Below are positions 1 to 12,900 of a stretch of 64,000 nucleotides of DNA, one piece after another. A model generated the notes under the pieces. The model saw nothing but the letters and a program-made list of their open reading frames with translations, was not told where the DNA came from and made no database searches. A program made the position numbers and the translations under genes. This stretch comes from Ruditapes philippinarum. Taxonomy: Eukaryota. How positions within the stretch are numbered: position 1 is the first letter of the stretch; every line of letters begins with the position of its first letter. The stretch covers positions 124,001 to 188,000 of the forward strand of contig NW_026865136.1 of assembly GCF_026571515.1 (NCBI RefSeq), read 5' to 3'.

Positions 1-239
1 TGGTTGTTGTTTTAAGATATATTTGGTTGATTTGTAATAAGGGATCTTGTGTTGATAAGATGTTCATAGTTGATGCTTTTGTTTTGTAGATATATGTAAA
101 TATTGGTTGTTTTGGTTTTAGTTGTTTTGTTATGTTGATTAAACATACTTTATTTTTAACTTGTACATTGTCATACAAATATAAACAATACTAAAATCAT
201 GGCCCTTTCAAACCAAGTAAAAGGGCGAATTAGCTGTAT

Positions 240-722
240 CAGGGTCTTTCAATTAGAACTGTCTGGAGTCAAAATAGTTTTCCGACTAAAATGTCTTAGT
301 TGAGTCACGTGATTATGTTAACTACCAATCGTGATCTTGCATAGAACATCACCGCTTAAAATTCAAAATATAATTTTTCTTAAATCGATCCAACATCATC
401 GAAAATAAATCTTGGCTACATTACATTATAAGTTTTTACTTGAAAAAATAACTATTTTATAGAATTGAAACGCAATTAGGAAGTTCAACAGATCATGCCT
501 TTAAAACATTATTTTCTAATATTTATCTCTTTTTTACACAAGTTTAAAGATTGTTAAAGAACATCATATTGTTAGAATTTTCATGTTTGGTCCTGTATTT
601 AACTTTCGTCCTTTTCTTGAACACTTACATAATTTGCGTATAGTAAAACTATCGAGTTATACCGAGACATGTTTAATTGTAGTATAGCGCGTTTCCAGAC
701 CATTCTGTTTGAAAGACCCTGG
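240..722. mobile_element. MITE / non-autonomous DNA transposon
   Basis: Imperfect terminal inverted repeats cagggtctttcaattagaactgtctgga / tccagaccattctgtttgaaagaccctg. Confidence 0.65.
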
Positions 723-737
723 TTGTATCTATTATAT

Positions 738-1600
738 CTAAGTTATCTTTATAAGATATCGTATCTCTAACATACACGGATGAATTAAAGTTAAAAGTAT
801 ACTTTTATTGTTTGATTTCAACATATCATTATATTTAAACATACGAGGTAAAGTATAATAGTTTTTTATATATTGTTCCTTGTATAAGTAACAAGGATAA
901 ATTAAAATGAAATGGTATTCATCTTCTACGTCATGTAAATTATAATTAAAACACACTCTTTTATTTCTAACAGCTCTATTCATATGATAGCTACCAATTT
1001 GCACATGCAATGAATTAAAAAACAGAACTATTCTCTTTACCATTATGATAAATTTGTAATACAAACTAGTCCAAGTCCTTGCTTAAATATATTTACAAAT
1101 ATTTTACTGTTTACGGAATCCCGTAAACCCGAATTATCTTTAAAACCATAATTACATAACAACAATTTAAGTTTACCATGATTACAGTCTTCAAATATAG
1201 CTTTTTAAGAATAATGTTAACTGTCTCAAGCATTTAAAACAAAAATCTTATAATCTTTACATATCTTGAAACATATAAAGGATAACATGCAAGTTCGCCA
1301 TATACAGCTATATTTCATGAATAATCTTTAACATTAAATATCATTTTACAAACTTCAAGATGCAATTCTTTTAATGTTCTTTGATTAAGAAAAGCCCCCG
1401 ATTTCGGCAGCGTAATTTAAAATGGTACAAACAACAGATTCAAAAGCTGACATAAATTGCATCCCCTTTACGTAGACATACGACATAAACAATTCCGAGT
1501 ATGTATTACATAGTCTTACGCACGATTTTAACTTGCTATATATGTCCTTTACTAGGCGCAATAATTTACCTCTTACATATTGAGGTACAATATTTTTGAT
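738..1600 (-). mobile_element. Degenerate non-LTR retrotransposon (LINE) ORF2 3' fragment
   Basis: RVC...HDVEDEYHFILIYPCY C-terminal motif; VRGKLLRLVKDIYSKLKSCVR and ILNYAAEIG RT-adjacent peptides. Confidence 0.8.
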
Positions 1601-1619
1601 AACGGTAGTTTTTTGCAAT

Positions 1620-3300
1620 GATTTATCCGTGGTTCATTAGAATTCTGTCAAAGATGAAAATGTTGATAATTTTGTATGCCTTGTGACAAATGTTATTTTG
1701 AATACAGCGAAAAAAGTTGATACGAAACAAATCTGTTAAAGTATATGATCCTGATAAACCATGGATAAATAATGATAACAAACATAAAATACGTCAGAGA
1801 AAAAAAAATTCTATAGAAAATCGAAACTCACTAATACATCTGCCCACTGGAATAAGTTTTGTAGATTAAGGAACCGACATCAAACTGGCAAAAGATTAAT
1901 ACATTGATTACTAGTATCTTTAAGACAAGTTGAAAAATGCTCTTTTATATTTTAAAAATTGGTCGAAAGTATTCCGAGGCTTTATCTCCACAAAAAATCA
2001 GGAATTCCTGTCAACTCTGTCAAATTAAGACCCGTTTCTCTTTTGTCAACAATTTTTTTAAATATGTCTTCAATGCTTAATTTTTTGACTGCCTATTACC
2101 TCCGGTTTCATTCCAGAGATTCCATTGTAAATCAGCTGTAATCGTTAGTTTTTGTGTGTTTTTTCTGTTCCTTGACAAGGTGTGTCACTAAGAATTTCTT
2201 ACAAAACTTAAACCTGCAGATATTAAAGGACATCTCTTTACCTGGCTTTCTAATTACCGGGTTTATACGGGTATAACTGATCAACAGCAACGTGTTGTAT
2301 TACCTGGAAATTACTCAAATCTTACCAAAATAAAGGCTAAAGTCCCGCGGGGATCAATATAATATTAGGTCAATTTCACATCCTTATAAATAACATTGTT
2401 TAAGACATAAAATCTAATATTAATTCATTTCCAGATGATACAAGTTTGTACATGGTTGTGAATTTTCCAAACGAATAAGCATTTCAAATGCAATCAGATA
2501 TTGAAAAAAATCAAACTGGGCCAAAAAAGGCTGGTGTAATATAATCCTAATAAGTCAGTCAATAATAAATTGAAAACGTTTAGTAAACTTTACCGTTCCT
2601 CAAAATATATATCCCTGTGATAGAATCTCGCTAACGTCATGGTTGTTTTCTTTCCAATGATGCGTCCTGGCATGATCAGATTTCTTACATACAAACCAAG
2701 ACTTGGTCTCGATTGAACGTAATGAAACGCCTTTAGTATATGCTAGATCGTAGGTCATTAGCGCCTTTTTACTTTTCATTTGTCTACTTTTAGAATTCTC
2801 TGATGTTGTATAGGACAATTAAGAACGAAGCTGCCAGAATTGTCAGTAGTTGCACAATACTTGTTTCTTTTTTTGAGCTGTATCTCCAGATTTCACACAC
2901 CTACAAATTATACCAGCAAGAATATCTATGTATGCTATTCTTTTGCCCCCATCTATCAACATCAAAAGAATGGAACATATTGCCCATTGATGTAAGAAAT
3001 ACTGGTTCACTGACCAACTTTAAAACTTTGCTTAATCAGGATAATTGTAAAAGCCATCCGCTTTTGTCTTGTGGTAACAGGAAATTTTAGTCTTTCACAC
3101 TCGTCTCCGACGTATTTTGCAGCTCACTAAACCACTATCTTTTTCTGAAAATATTGTTCTAACCCCCATCCTCCTTGTCATTGAGGTGGGATGGAAATAA
3201 CATATAAGTATTTTTAAGAATGTCGAATATAAAAACCTGTTCACTAGTAATTCAAATATACTATTTCAAACATATTCATCAAAATCAATGTCACTGTTAA
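1620..3300 (+). mobile_element. Highly degenerate LINE fragment (CR1/L2-like), same family as 58496-61323
   Basis: Remnant peptides KPWINN, LRPVSLLS, VPRGS, FPDDTSLY, NEAARIV, EWNILP..VRN, FHTRLR in collinear order. Confidence 0.82.
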
Positions 3301-3714
3301 CGATGTCGTGTAAAATAAAGTCAATTCTCAAATTACAACCTGCTATTAAATGAGTTCTGCATTTACTTTAAGTCAATTTGTAAAATATCAGAAAGGTCAA
3401 CGTTATGCGTATCATACGCTGGCCTATCCTCACAACTTATGTACAACATGGAAGCATATTTTTAAAATTGGCAAATGTTTTATCTAGTTTGATTAAAATT
3501 TAAGTACCATGCTTTAATGCAATATAAACAACCTTGTAAATCATCATTGTAATACAACGCAACCTGCAATATTGTTTGTTTTGTGTTTGATGATTTTTTT
3601 CTGCAATATTTATGCTATATAAAGCCGGATATATCAATGCGCATCAGGTTTTGCAAAAATATAATCTCATGTTCAGTATCGTATTAATAAAATACTGGTT
3701 ACACCTTTCTATTA

Positions 3715-3898
3715 ATCCAGTGGATTAGTTACCTCTCTGGCGTGGGTTCGATCCCCGGGAGACGCTTTGGTAGTTTAGCACGGAGGAAGGTAGTCTAGTA
3801 CTGGTGTAACTCTCCAAGAACGATGGTTAGGAAACTATCCGCCTATATGACTGAAATACGGTTGGAAAAAGGCGTAAAATGAAACAAACAAACAAACA
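3715..3898 (+). mobile_element. tRNA-derived SINE fragment
   Basis: B-box GGTTCGATCCC; 3' gactgaaatac..ttg..aaaggcgtaaa followed by (AAAC)n tail. Confidence 0.65.
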
Positions 3899-5667
3899 CA
3901 TGTTTATGTCCATAACACCGGTTGTCGTCAATGCAATATCACTCAATTTGCCCTCTCCGCGTCCCCATTACTGTGCCTTTGCATCAATGTGCAGAGTATC
4001 CTATGACAGTCATGTCTAGTGTTCTTCCTGCCCATCTTCCTTCTATTTAAGCAATAGCTTTCCCTCTGTAGATAACCTTTTTGGAAAATTGTTAGTTCAC
4101 ATAACAATTGGCACCTTTCAATGATACATCTGACTTCCTTACAAGTTCCTTCTATTTTTATATATCAATTAGTTGACCAGATGCTATAAAGTGTTTGGTT
4201 GAATAAATGCTTGTGGTTTACACTGTATTTTAAAATTTAGTTTATGTTCTTTATTCATTTATTTATTTATTTTGGCGATTTTATATTTTTCTTTGATCAT
4301 AAGTTGTTTAGAGCTTGGGTTCGACATATGTTTATTATTGTTTCTCGAAAAGAACATATACGGGAATAGATATTTTGTATAAATGGTTAACGAATGTTGC
4401 GTATTGTTGTGGGTGTGGTGTGAATAATGATCAGAGGCGTTTGTTGTTTTGATGTATTTGTAAGTTGGAGATTGAAAAAGAAAGAGAAAATTACCCTTAA
4501 ATTGTGTTTTTGTATTTTCTGATCGCAAGATCAGTAAATACATAGCTAACATCCACGGTCTAACACAAAATTTCCTAACAGACCTAACAACGCATAGTAG
4601 TTCTTACTCAAAACTGCTTAAAAACCAGCAATTTAAAAGACAGAATAATTTTTAATGAAGGCATTTAACGAATTACAGTGCATTGAAAGTTCAGATTAGT
4701 CAATAGAAATATGAGGTTACAATCACAAATTTCGCGGATGAATATCATTTTAATCAATGAAAATGCTATTTTTAGCTATGTCGATTACTGAATACTCCAG
4801 GGCGTAGTATACAAATAAATCTGACTGCCGAGTAGTGGAATATATACATGTCGGACTGTTTTGGCGAGAAGATTTTCGCTAAATTATTTTTACCAGTGTT
4901 AAACAGGTTTATCGTGAACAAAATACCTCGAAATTGATAAGGATTACAAGCACGAAATGGAAATTCTCAATTTAGAATTACAATGTATTTGTTTTTATTC
5001 AGGCTACATAATACGTATAACTTCACCGTGGTGCAGGGGTATCGCGCTCGTATCGCGCTCGTTTAGGGTGTGAGAGGCCTAAGGTTCAAATCCTAGTCGA
5101 GGCAACTAATTTTTGAAGTGTCTTTTTTAAGTAGCCACGATATGCAAGGATAAAGTGTGGCTGTCATAAAAAATGATTTTTGATGCAACTCTAGTCATGC
5201 AAAATTCCATATGTATCAATCTCAAACTGTTATAGAAATAAATCTTAACGCCGTCGCTGCGTAAGATGAATTATAGTATATAAAAATAAACCTATATAGG
5301 AAAATACATACAGATAGTCAGTATGATTTAGATTGCAAAGATCAGAAAATACCACAGAGCTTGCAGCCCTTTGATTTTTTACTTGCTCGGTATCCAAACT
5401 AAGAATACTTCAATTATTAAAGCCAGTTTTCTCTGTCTCAATATCTTGGAGAAGTAGGTATAGTTTTATTACCAGAACTTCTATCAGATTAACTAAAATC
5501 AAAGCCAAGGACACTCCTGACACCCCATGTGAATGCTGGTAAATAAAAAGGCTCCACTTATTTGCATAAAAATGTTTGTAAATGAAGTATTCGGTCTCCA
5601 AAACTTGTATTTCTATTGCTCAAAAGCCTTTTATTTATGGTTTACGTTTATAGTTTCCCATCAGTTA

Positions 5668-6551
5668 CTGTATGTGTAGAAATATTCGCGGGCTTCAAAT
5701 TTTCGCGATCTTCGCGGTGACATTCGATCCGCGAATTCATGTTCAGCGCGAATATTTCTACACAGATAATTTCTTAATAGTCATATTTTCGCGCATCTAT
5801 AGAACGATGTATATCAGTGTGTTCACGGCTGCCATAAGTCTTGTATCCGTGGCGCTTTCAAAGAGTGATTTTAATGTTATATAAACTGTACATGTAACAT
5901 TCAGCTCTGTATATAAATAAGTTTGCTGGTGTATTATTGTTTGACTGATATGATTATCGGATTCTTGTATAAGTATATACATGTTTGAACAATAAAATTG
6001 CACCACACTATTTATTTTATAGTCTGAGTCATAAACGTCTTGACATCTGATCAGATTAAGTTTTGTTTTTCTACAAACAATACAAACAACACAAACATTT
6101 ACGGTTTTAACTGATAAAAACAAGGAAAACAAAACACAATTAATCAGTCAACATTTTAACAAAATCTGTGAAAAGATTATGGTCTCATTCAGTGCAGTTT
6201 AAAACTGTGAAAAATCACGCACGTTAACGGACATTCTTTTGTTTGCCATAATCTGTCGTCTAGACAAATTGAATGTCTTTGTTCTGTACAATAGCATATT
6301 GTTTGAAACTGTGAAGTCCCACAATGATTACAGTAAAAAAGTATGTAAAATGAAAGAAGGCTGCTTGCGAAAACAATTGCCTAATCGTGTAAAAGTAGTT
6401 TCCCTTATTTTTTTAACCTAATGGGTGTACGCGAATTTATGATTTTCGGCAGTCACCTCCGCGAATTCAAAATAGCGCGAATATTTGTATATACCCCCAA
6501 AATGGACCTTTCCGCGAAAATTTGCTTCCGCGAATTTAAATACACATACAG
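5668..6551. mobile_element. Non-autonomous DNA transposon with TA target duplication
   Basis: TA|CTGTATGTGTAGAAATATTCGCGG ... CCGCGAATTTAAATACACATACAG|TA; multiple subterminal TTCGCG/CGCGAA motifs. Confidence 0.85.
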
Positions 6552-6806
6552 TACTCATTTGCCTCTTCTCTTTATTTTTGTCATCAGTACATTTGAAGTG
6601 ATTGGAAGTCAAAATACTACTTTGTTTGCAATCGCTACTTGTGTGACTAATTATTTTACAAGTAACACTACTTTTATCAAGTAACAATCAAAAAACATGT
6701 TTTGTTTTCTAAAGAAGTGAAGAAATTTTCGTTTATGAGGCAAAAATGTCTTTAACCGAAAATTTATTTCCTATTCATTGTTATAGTTTATTATTTACAT
6801 TACTAG

Positions 6807-6967
6807 ATTTTTAACGACCCTATTCATGGGCAAGTGGAGTTACATCCCGTGTGTATCCATATTATAGACACACCTCAGTTCCAGCGATTGAGACACATCA
6901 AACAACTAGACACCTGTTACCTGGTGTACCCAGGTGCCAGTCATAACAGGTTCGAGCACTCTATAGG
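6807..6967 (+). CDS. SAMHD1: SAMHD1-like A exon: [54 protein letters not shown]
   Basis: tag|ATT...GG|gtaagc, 161 nt; SAMHD1 allosteric/H167 segment. Confidence 0.95.
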
Positions 6968-9900
6968 GTAAGCGATTCTTCCAAAGGTTTGTTTTAGATC
7001 TACATAACTTTGAACAGCCTAATAACTCAACGTGTATTTAAGTACACAGTAAATGAAATACATATAATACATTTAGTTTTTTAATAAGTGCGACTTAATT
7101 AATGCATTTATCGAACAAAAGAAAAACAGGAAGCATTTATGATTTCTTTCCAGTCCGTGAGATTGAATACTATCATATATTTTCATCACAAAGGTACTAT
7201 TTATTTATCATAATGTGTAAACAAGCAGATATATATGGGAACATTAGACAAGAAAACTTGAATAAGCCTTGTTAAAAAAATTAAATGTGTCATTACAGCG
7301 TATGTTACCTAGCTGGAAAACTCTTAAGAACTATTCGAGATGGACAACCGGGTGAGGAAATATCTGTCACTGACATTCTGTGTGTTGAGATAGCGGGACT
7401 CTGTCATGATTTAGGTATGGCTAAAGAAAAATGCTTTCAATTAAACATTTCAAATGTGTTGTTCATGCACTGTTACGATTGTAATTTTATATCAATCAAG
7501 ATGTTAGTTACCGAAAATTGAATGTGCAAATCTAAGTTAAGAATTGTACAATGATGTACCAAATAATAATTGTAATAACATATGTGTATTTTGTAAAATA
7601 AATATATATTTTAAAAGGCTCGTTGTGGCACAGATAGGTTTTTATTTTATTTCTCTTTTTCTGGTGTCCTGTTATAGTAACCAAGACCACCGTTTGCTTC
7701 TGGTGCCTTTTAGTAATTAGTTAAATTTTTGTGAATTAGGATCTTGTATGGAAGTCAAAATACTACTTTCTTGACATATTCATAATGTTATGACAAATTA
7801 TTTCACATTCAACACTCCTTTCTTCATGTGTTAAGCAACTACCTTGCTCTAAAATTGTTTATGTTAAGTATCAAAACTCATATTTTCCCTTTATAAAAAA
7901 GAAAATATTTAACCGTTTCCAAGAAATTAATTTCTTTAAATGAAATTTACCTCCAAAAACATTGTACTATATTTGCTGAAGTGGTGTTTTCAAACATCTA
8001 CAGGGAAGCTATCCAGCTAGCTTACGGAATGTCGGTGGTTCTACTCTAATGCACGGAACAGCCAGTCTTTCTCCGCCAGTAAAGGTGGAACGTCGCCATA
8101 TGACCTTTACTGTGTCGGCTTGATGTAAAGCCCAATCAAAGAAACAAACAAATAATCATGAATGTATATAAGTCCAAGTCGTTCTGAAACAAAATAAAGT
8201 GAATAAAGGACGCTGAAAAAATGTACTATGATTCTCAATCTACATCATTTTAGGCCAAGGACCATATTCTCATGTGTTTGAAAAACGATTTATGCCTAAA
8301 ATGAAAAAGAAGTTTACGGTAAGTAAATTTTGTGAAGCTTAATATTTTGTCATTCACTTTTAGCAGTTTGTCATTTTGTCGCTTATATAAACAGCATCAA
8401 TATTTGTTACATCTAATGGATGGCAAAAACGAATGTATATATCTATAATAATCAATTAGTAACAAATCATTAGTTCCAAAAATAAAAGCTTAATCAGAAA
8501 AATGGCCTTTGTTATTAAATTTATGAAATCATGTGCACTAAAATATCTAAAACCAGACATAGAAGTACATGTATTCCAAAATAGAGATTTTATATTTGAC
8601 ATTTCAGCATGAAAATATTGCTCGGAAGATGTTTGAGCACATGCTTAGTACCAACAACGGACAGTTGAAAAAAGATATAAATAAGGAACTAAAAGAATGC
8701 GACCAAAACCCTTTACAAGAACAAGACTTTACCTTTATCTGTGAAATGATTGATGATCCTATAGACATTGGAAAACACGTGGTAAGAAATATTACATGAA
8801 ATGTTAACGTCAAGTTTATATTATTAAATATTTATTTGCTGATTATGAGTAATGGGCCACATAACATTTTTGCGCACAGCGACGATGACAATGACGACTA
8901 CGCCACAGGAATCTAACAGCTCGACCCAATTGTCGAGACGGACGAGCTAAGTGTCAGTGATTGTGCCATAAATACACGGTAAAGATTAAGATACTAAAGT
9001 AGATAGTCAGCTCAGTTACAGAGATAACCAATGTATCATGGAAATAAACAGTATATTTGCTACGATTATAGTAATATTTCTCTATCGTTTTTAAGATGGA
9101 TTGCAACGAAAAGAGTTTTTTTGCTTATGTGAACCTCTCCAAATTTAACAACAGGTTTGTTGTTATGTATGTAAGGTAAATTGTTGTGCCCAAACTTGGT
9201 TTTGGACCAACGGTCTCTAGGTTGAGAGTAAGATATCTTGAACAATATCACCTTCATCTTACAACAATGTATTTTGCTCTAAATGTAACTTGTTTATTCA
9301 ATATATGAAAAGCCCCGTCAATTTTAAGAACTTGTTAATTTATAGCAAATATAAAGCATTGTAGACTATAAAAGAGGAAAAGTTTAAAACACAAATAACT
9401 TAAATATTTCATACCGTGTCTTATTTGCATGGTACCGCGATGTTCCTTTGATGTTCTTCAGCTGTTAAATGAACACACCAGTAACATGCTTTATTGACAA
9501 GAACGCTCAGTGCGATATCAGAGATAACGCACACTTCTTTTATGTTGGTTCAATTTGTTTATGAATAACCGTGCCTGTAGACAAAAGAAAACAAGAGTCA
9601 CTGGACTATGTTAAATCTCAGACTAGAAAATAACGAATGTATTCAGATTGGGGAGAGGTAATGGGCTCCTGAGAATATGATCTTTAGTTAAGACACAGTT
9701 TTATCTAGAGCATGGACACACGTGTTTGAAAACAACCTCAATCTTTTTGTATAGGCAAAGACCCTTCAGATCGCACCAGGCCATGACATTTTTTACATAG
9801 CAGTCTCTTCGCTATACTTAAACTGTTATGTAAATGACACAGTTTTTTTGAAAGTAGAATAAAAGTATGTGTGTTGATTACACAAATTGTTAAAGATATT

Positions 9901-12900
9901 GATATATTTCAGGAATGGCCATACAAAGGAAGAAATATAGACAAAAGCTATATGTATGAGGTAAGGTAATTCTTCGTTATCTTTTAGGGAAAAACCGTTG
10001 ACAAATGTAAAAGTGGAATGAAAAAAGCAACATTAACTTAATGCGTTTTTTAAAATTTAATTTTCTTTCTTTTAAGTCTTTTAAGCCCACTTAAGCACTT
10101 TGTGCACAGCTGTGAAAGCATTGTCCATCGAGCATTATGCGTCTTCATCCAATATTTCTTCACACTATATCCCCCTCTCTCTCTACAGCTCATAAATCAT
10201 CCTTAGGCGGTCCTCTTCAAATAGGTTCAGTCTTGTGCAGGAGAAAAACACCCTCTTACAAACAGCATTTCTAAGGGCCTTCATATTTGGCACATTGTAT
10301 TCGTGTTCAAAAAATATAAACTTTGCTCACTTGTGGAAGTTACTTAACTAACATAAAAAAATAAAACCGTTTTGTAACAATATGTCCTTGAGTTTAATAA
10401 GTCGGTATTTAGAAATATCGATTGGACCACTAAATAAGTAATATAAGTTAAAGATTTATTTCCAAAATTATAACGGCCCCATGAAGACACCATAACCCAA
10501 ATAATTGAAGAATTAAGACATTTTAAAGTGCCACTTAAGACCATCCATTTTAATAACACTTCACTAAGATTTACTTTTGTTCGCATTTAATTGCCTCCGA
10601 GTATGAATCTGCAATGAATTGAATAGAAATAACATTTTTATATGTTTATATATCAATTATATATTATGAAACTATGACTTTGTTGTTATTGATGTTCATG
10701 AGTACACAATGCAGAAAGTCGAAATTGCAACAATGCAAAGAACAGCAGTTCATATGCACAACCACGACATATTTTATGTTTATATTATGGGCCTTCTTTT
10801 GCCGTCAATTTGCATGTCCCTTGTAACTGGAAAATTGCGAAACACAAAGAGAAAAAATGACTTTGTTGTATCTTTGTGTGTTAGCATTTTCATTTCATTT
10901 TGCTGCGAAAAAAGCGCAAATTCAACTTTGCCAAACTTACCCTAAACAAGTATGTACTGTTTGAATATAATCACAACAAGATGTTAACATCTAAAACATA
11001 CCAACATTGGATATAATCCATTTTTGTTATATTTTGAGAAATGGCATGTTTTGGTTTTATTTATTTGTATTTATTTTCAAAGGAAATATTACGACGGGTG
11101 TTCAAATATGAATACAACTGGGTCAATTTTCAGAAGTGCTTTACAAAAAGTGCTAAAATGATTTTCTCAATCCTTCGACTCACCACCATATGATATACAA
11201 AGATTTAGTCTTTTAATCCTATTTTAAATGCGTTTTCATTATTTTTATGAGCTATATTGTTCAGACACAGGCAAATAGCTAAACCAAGTTTTTTTTTTGG
11301 CATTTGATATTTCTTCCAGCAAGATGTGTTTTTGAGCCTCGGAAACAGAAAAAAGGCACAAGAGGCAGAAAAGGAGGGTTTTTGAAATATTTCTTTAACC
11401 TTTTCCCTTATATAAGCGTGTTTCGACGGCTTTTTGCCCCCCCCCCTTTTTTGAGGCCCCAAACAGTGAAAAAATGTGCTATTTAGACCCCAAACACTGT
11501 TTTTCGTTTGAGAAATGTTGTTAAAAAAGTGACCATTTTTTCGGCGCCCTCCTCCATCCAAATAATACATCAGGGGGTTGCCAGAAGGGGGATGTGCCCC
11601 CTTCTGTTTGGGGGGTTTTAAGGGGGGCGGAGTCCCCCTCATCGCCTAGAAAATTTTGGACTTGTGAGAGGCTTAAAATGACCCCAGGTTGATCATAAGG
11701 TAACGTGTAACCAACGCTGAAAAGCCTTTGACTCTATCTCAATCCCTTGAGAAGTTGCAGCACTTTGAAATACATTTTGATGGAAAAAATCGAGGCAAAA
11801 AAGTGATTTTTGGCAATTTTGAGATGTCCCCTCGTTGCCATGGTAACAGGAAATTTAAGACTGAGCATGTCGTTACAAAGGCAATGGTCCAGTCAACATT
11901 TGTGCCAAGTTTGATTAGTATTGAAGCATTTTTCATAGTTTCATAGCAGTTTGAACTTGTAAGAGGAGGCTTTTCAGTGAAAATGGCCATTTTTCACAAT
12001 ATGCTCATGGGGGAAAGGGTTAATATATGAAGGACATTCCCTTTATAAATCTTGGCATATACAGATTAACCCTTCGGTACGGCAATTATTTGAATAGCAG
12101 GATCTTGATTGGTAAAGAAAATAACATACATGACCTTTTTTTGACACTCATGGTGCGTTTTGGTATGCGATGTCTTTGACTTCCTTTGGTTTCGTATGTA
12201 TCTTTCGCTTGGGTTCATAAAAGTGAACCCAAGACTCATTACCACTTATGATATTTGCAAAAGATCGATTGTTGTTTATAGGGAATTGTTTCAACAATTA
12301 TTTGGAGATTCTTACCCGAGCATGTTCTTGCTCTTCTGTAATGTGATGGGGTATCCATCTTGCACTTATCTTTCTTATTCTTAAATTACGTCTGTGTTTT
12401 GTATGAGCGGCTCCTACAGAGATACCAACCAAATTTTAGACGGCGTACATGGAGTGCATCTTTTCTGAATCCACACCACCTTTAATTTTCTTACACCACT
12501 GTGTGACAGATGAAAAAGAAAGTTAATGTTTCCATAAACACGACATATTTTATTAAATATGTCTTTCGCTTGTATACCAAGAATACAGCGGTTCTTGATA
12601 TAGGTCCGCATTTGGTCAGTGAAAGGGAGAACTTTTCCCAACCATTTTAGCTTTAGTATACACTTATAGATAGCGATACAAAGCAAGGCTGAACTGATTT
12701 ACACATGTATTGTATCAATTGAGAGCTTCCACAACCATGCGATACATGTATATACATGTAGTTCGTACAAAACGTGGTTAAAAGCGAGATATTGGCCTTG
12801 TTGCATGCATATTTGAACAACCCTCGTATTTTATTATCAGTCTTAAATTGTGAACTATTTATAATTGTGTTTTATCTTTCATATTGTTTTATACTAGAAT

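Noticed and set aside
5025-5105. tRNA-like sequence with B box (ggttcaaatcc)
   Set aside because: Degenerate, with a small internal duplication; likely a SINE head remnant
5340-5400. aaataccacagagct matching the candidate first exon of B (aaataccacggagct, about 49242)
   Set aside because: A 14/15-nt match can arise by chance in AT-rich DNA; the equivalent frame hits TGA and has no ATG
11205-11642. 145-aa minus-strand ORF and most other short ORFs in the track
   Set aside because: They fall in transposon or low-complexity DNA or are antisense to real exons, with no recognisable protein motifs
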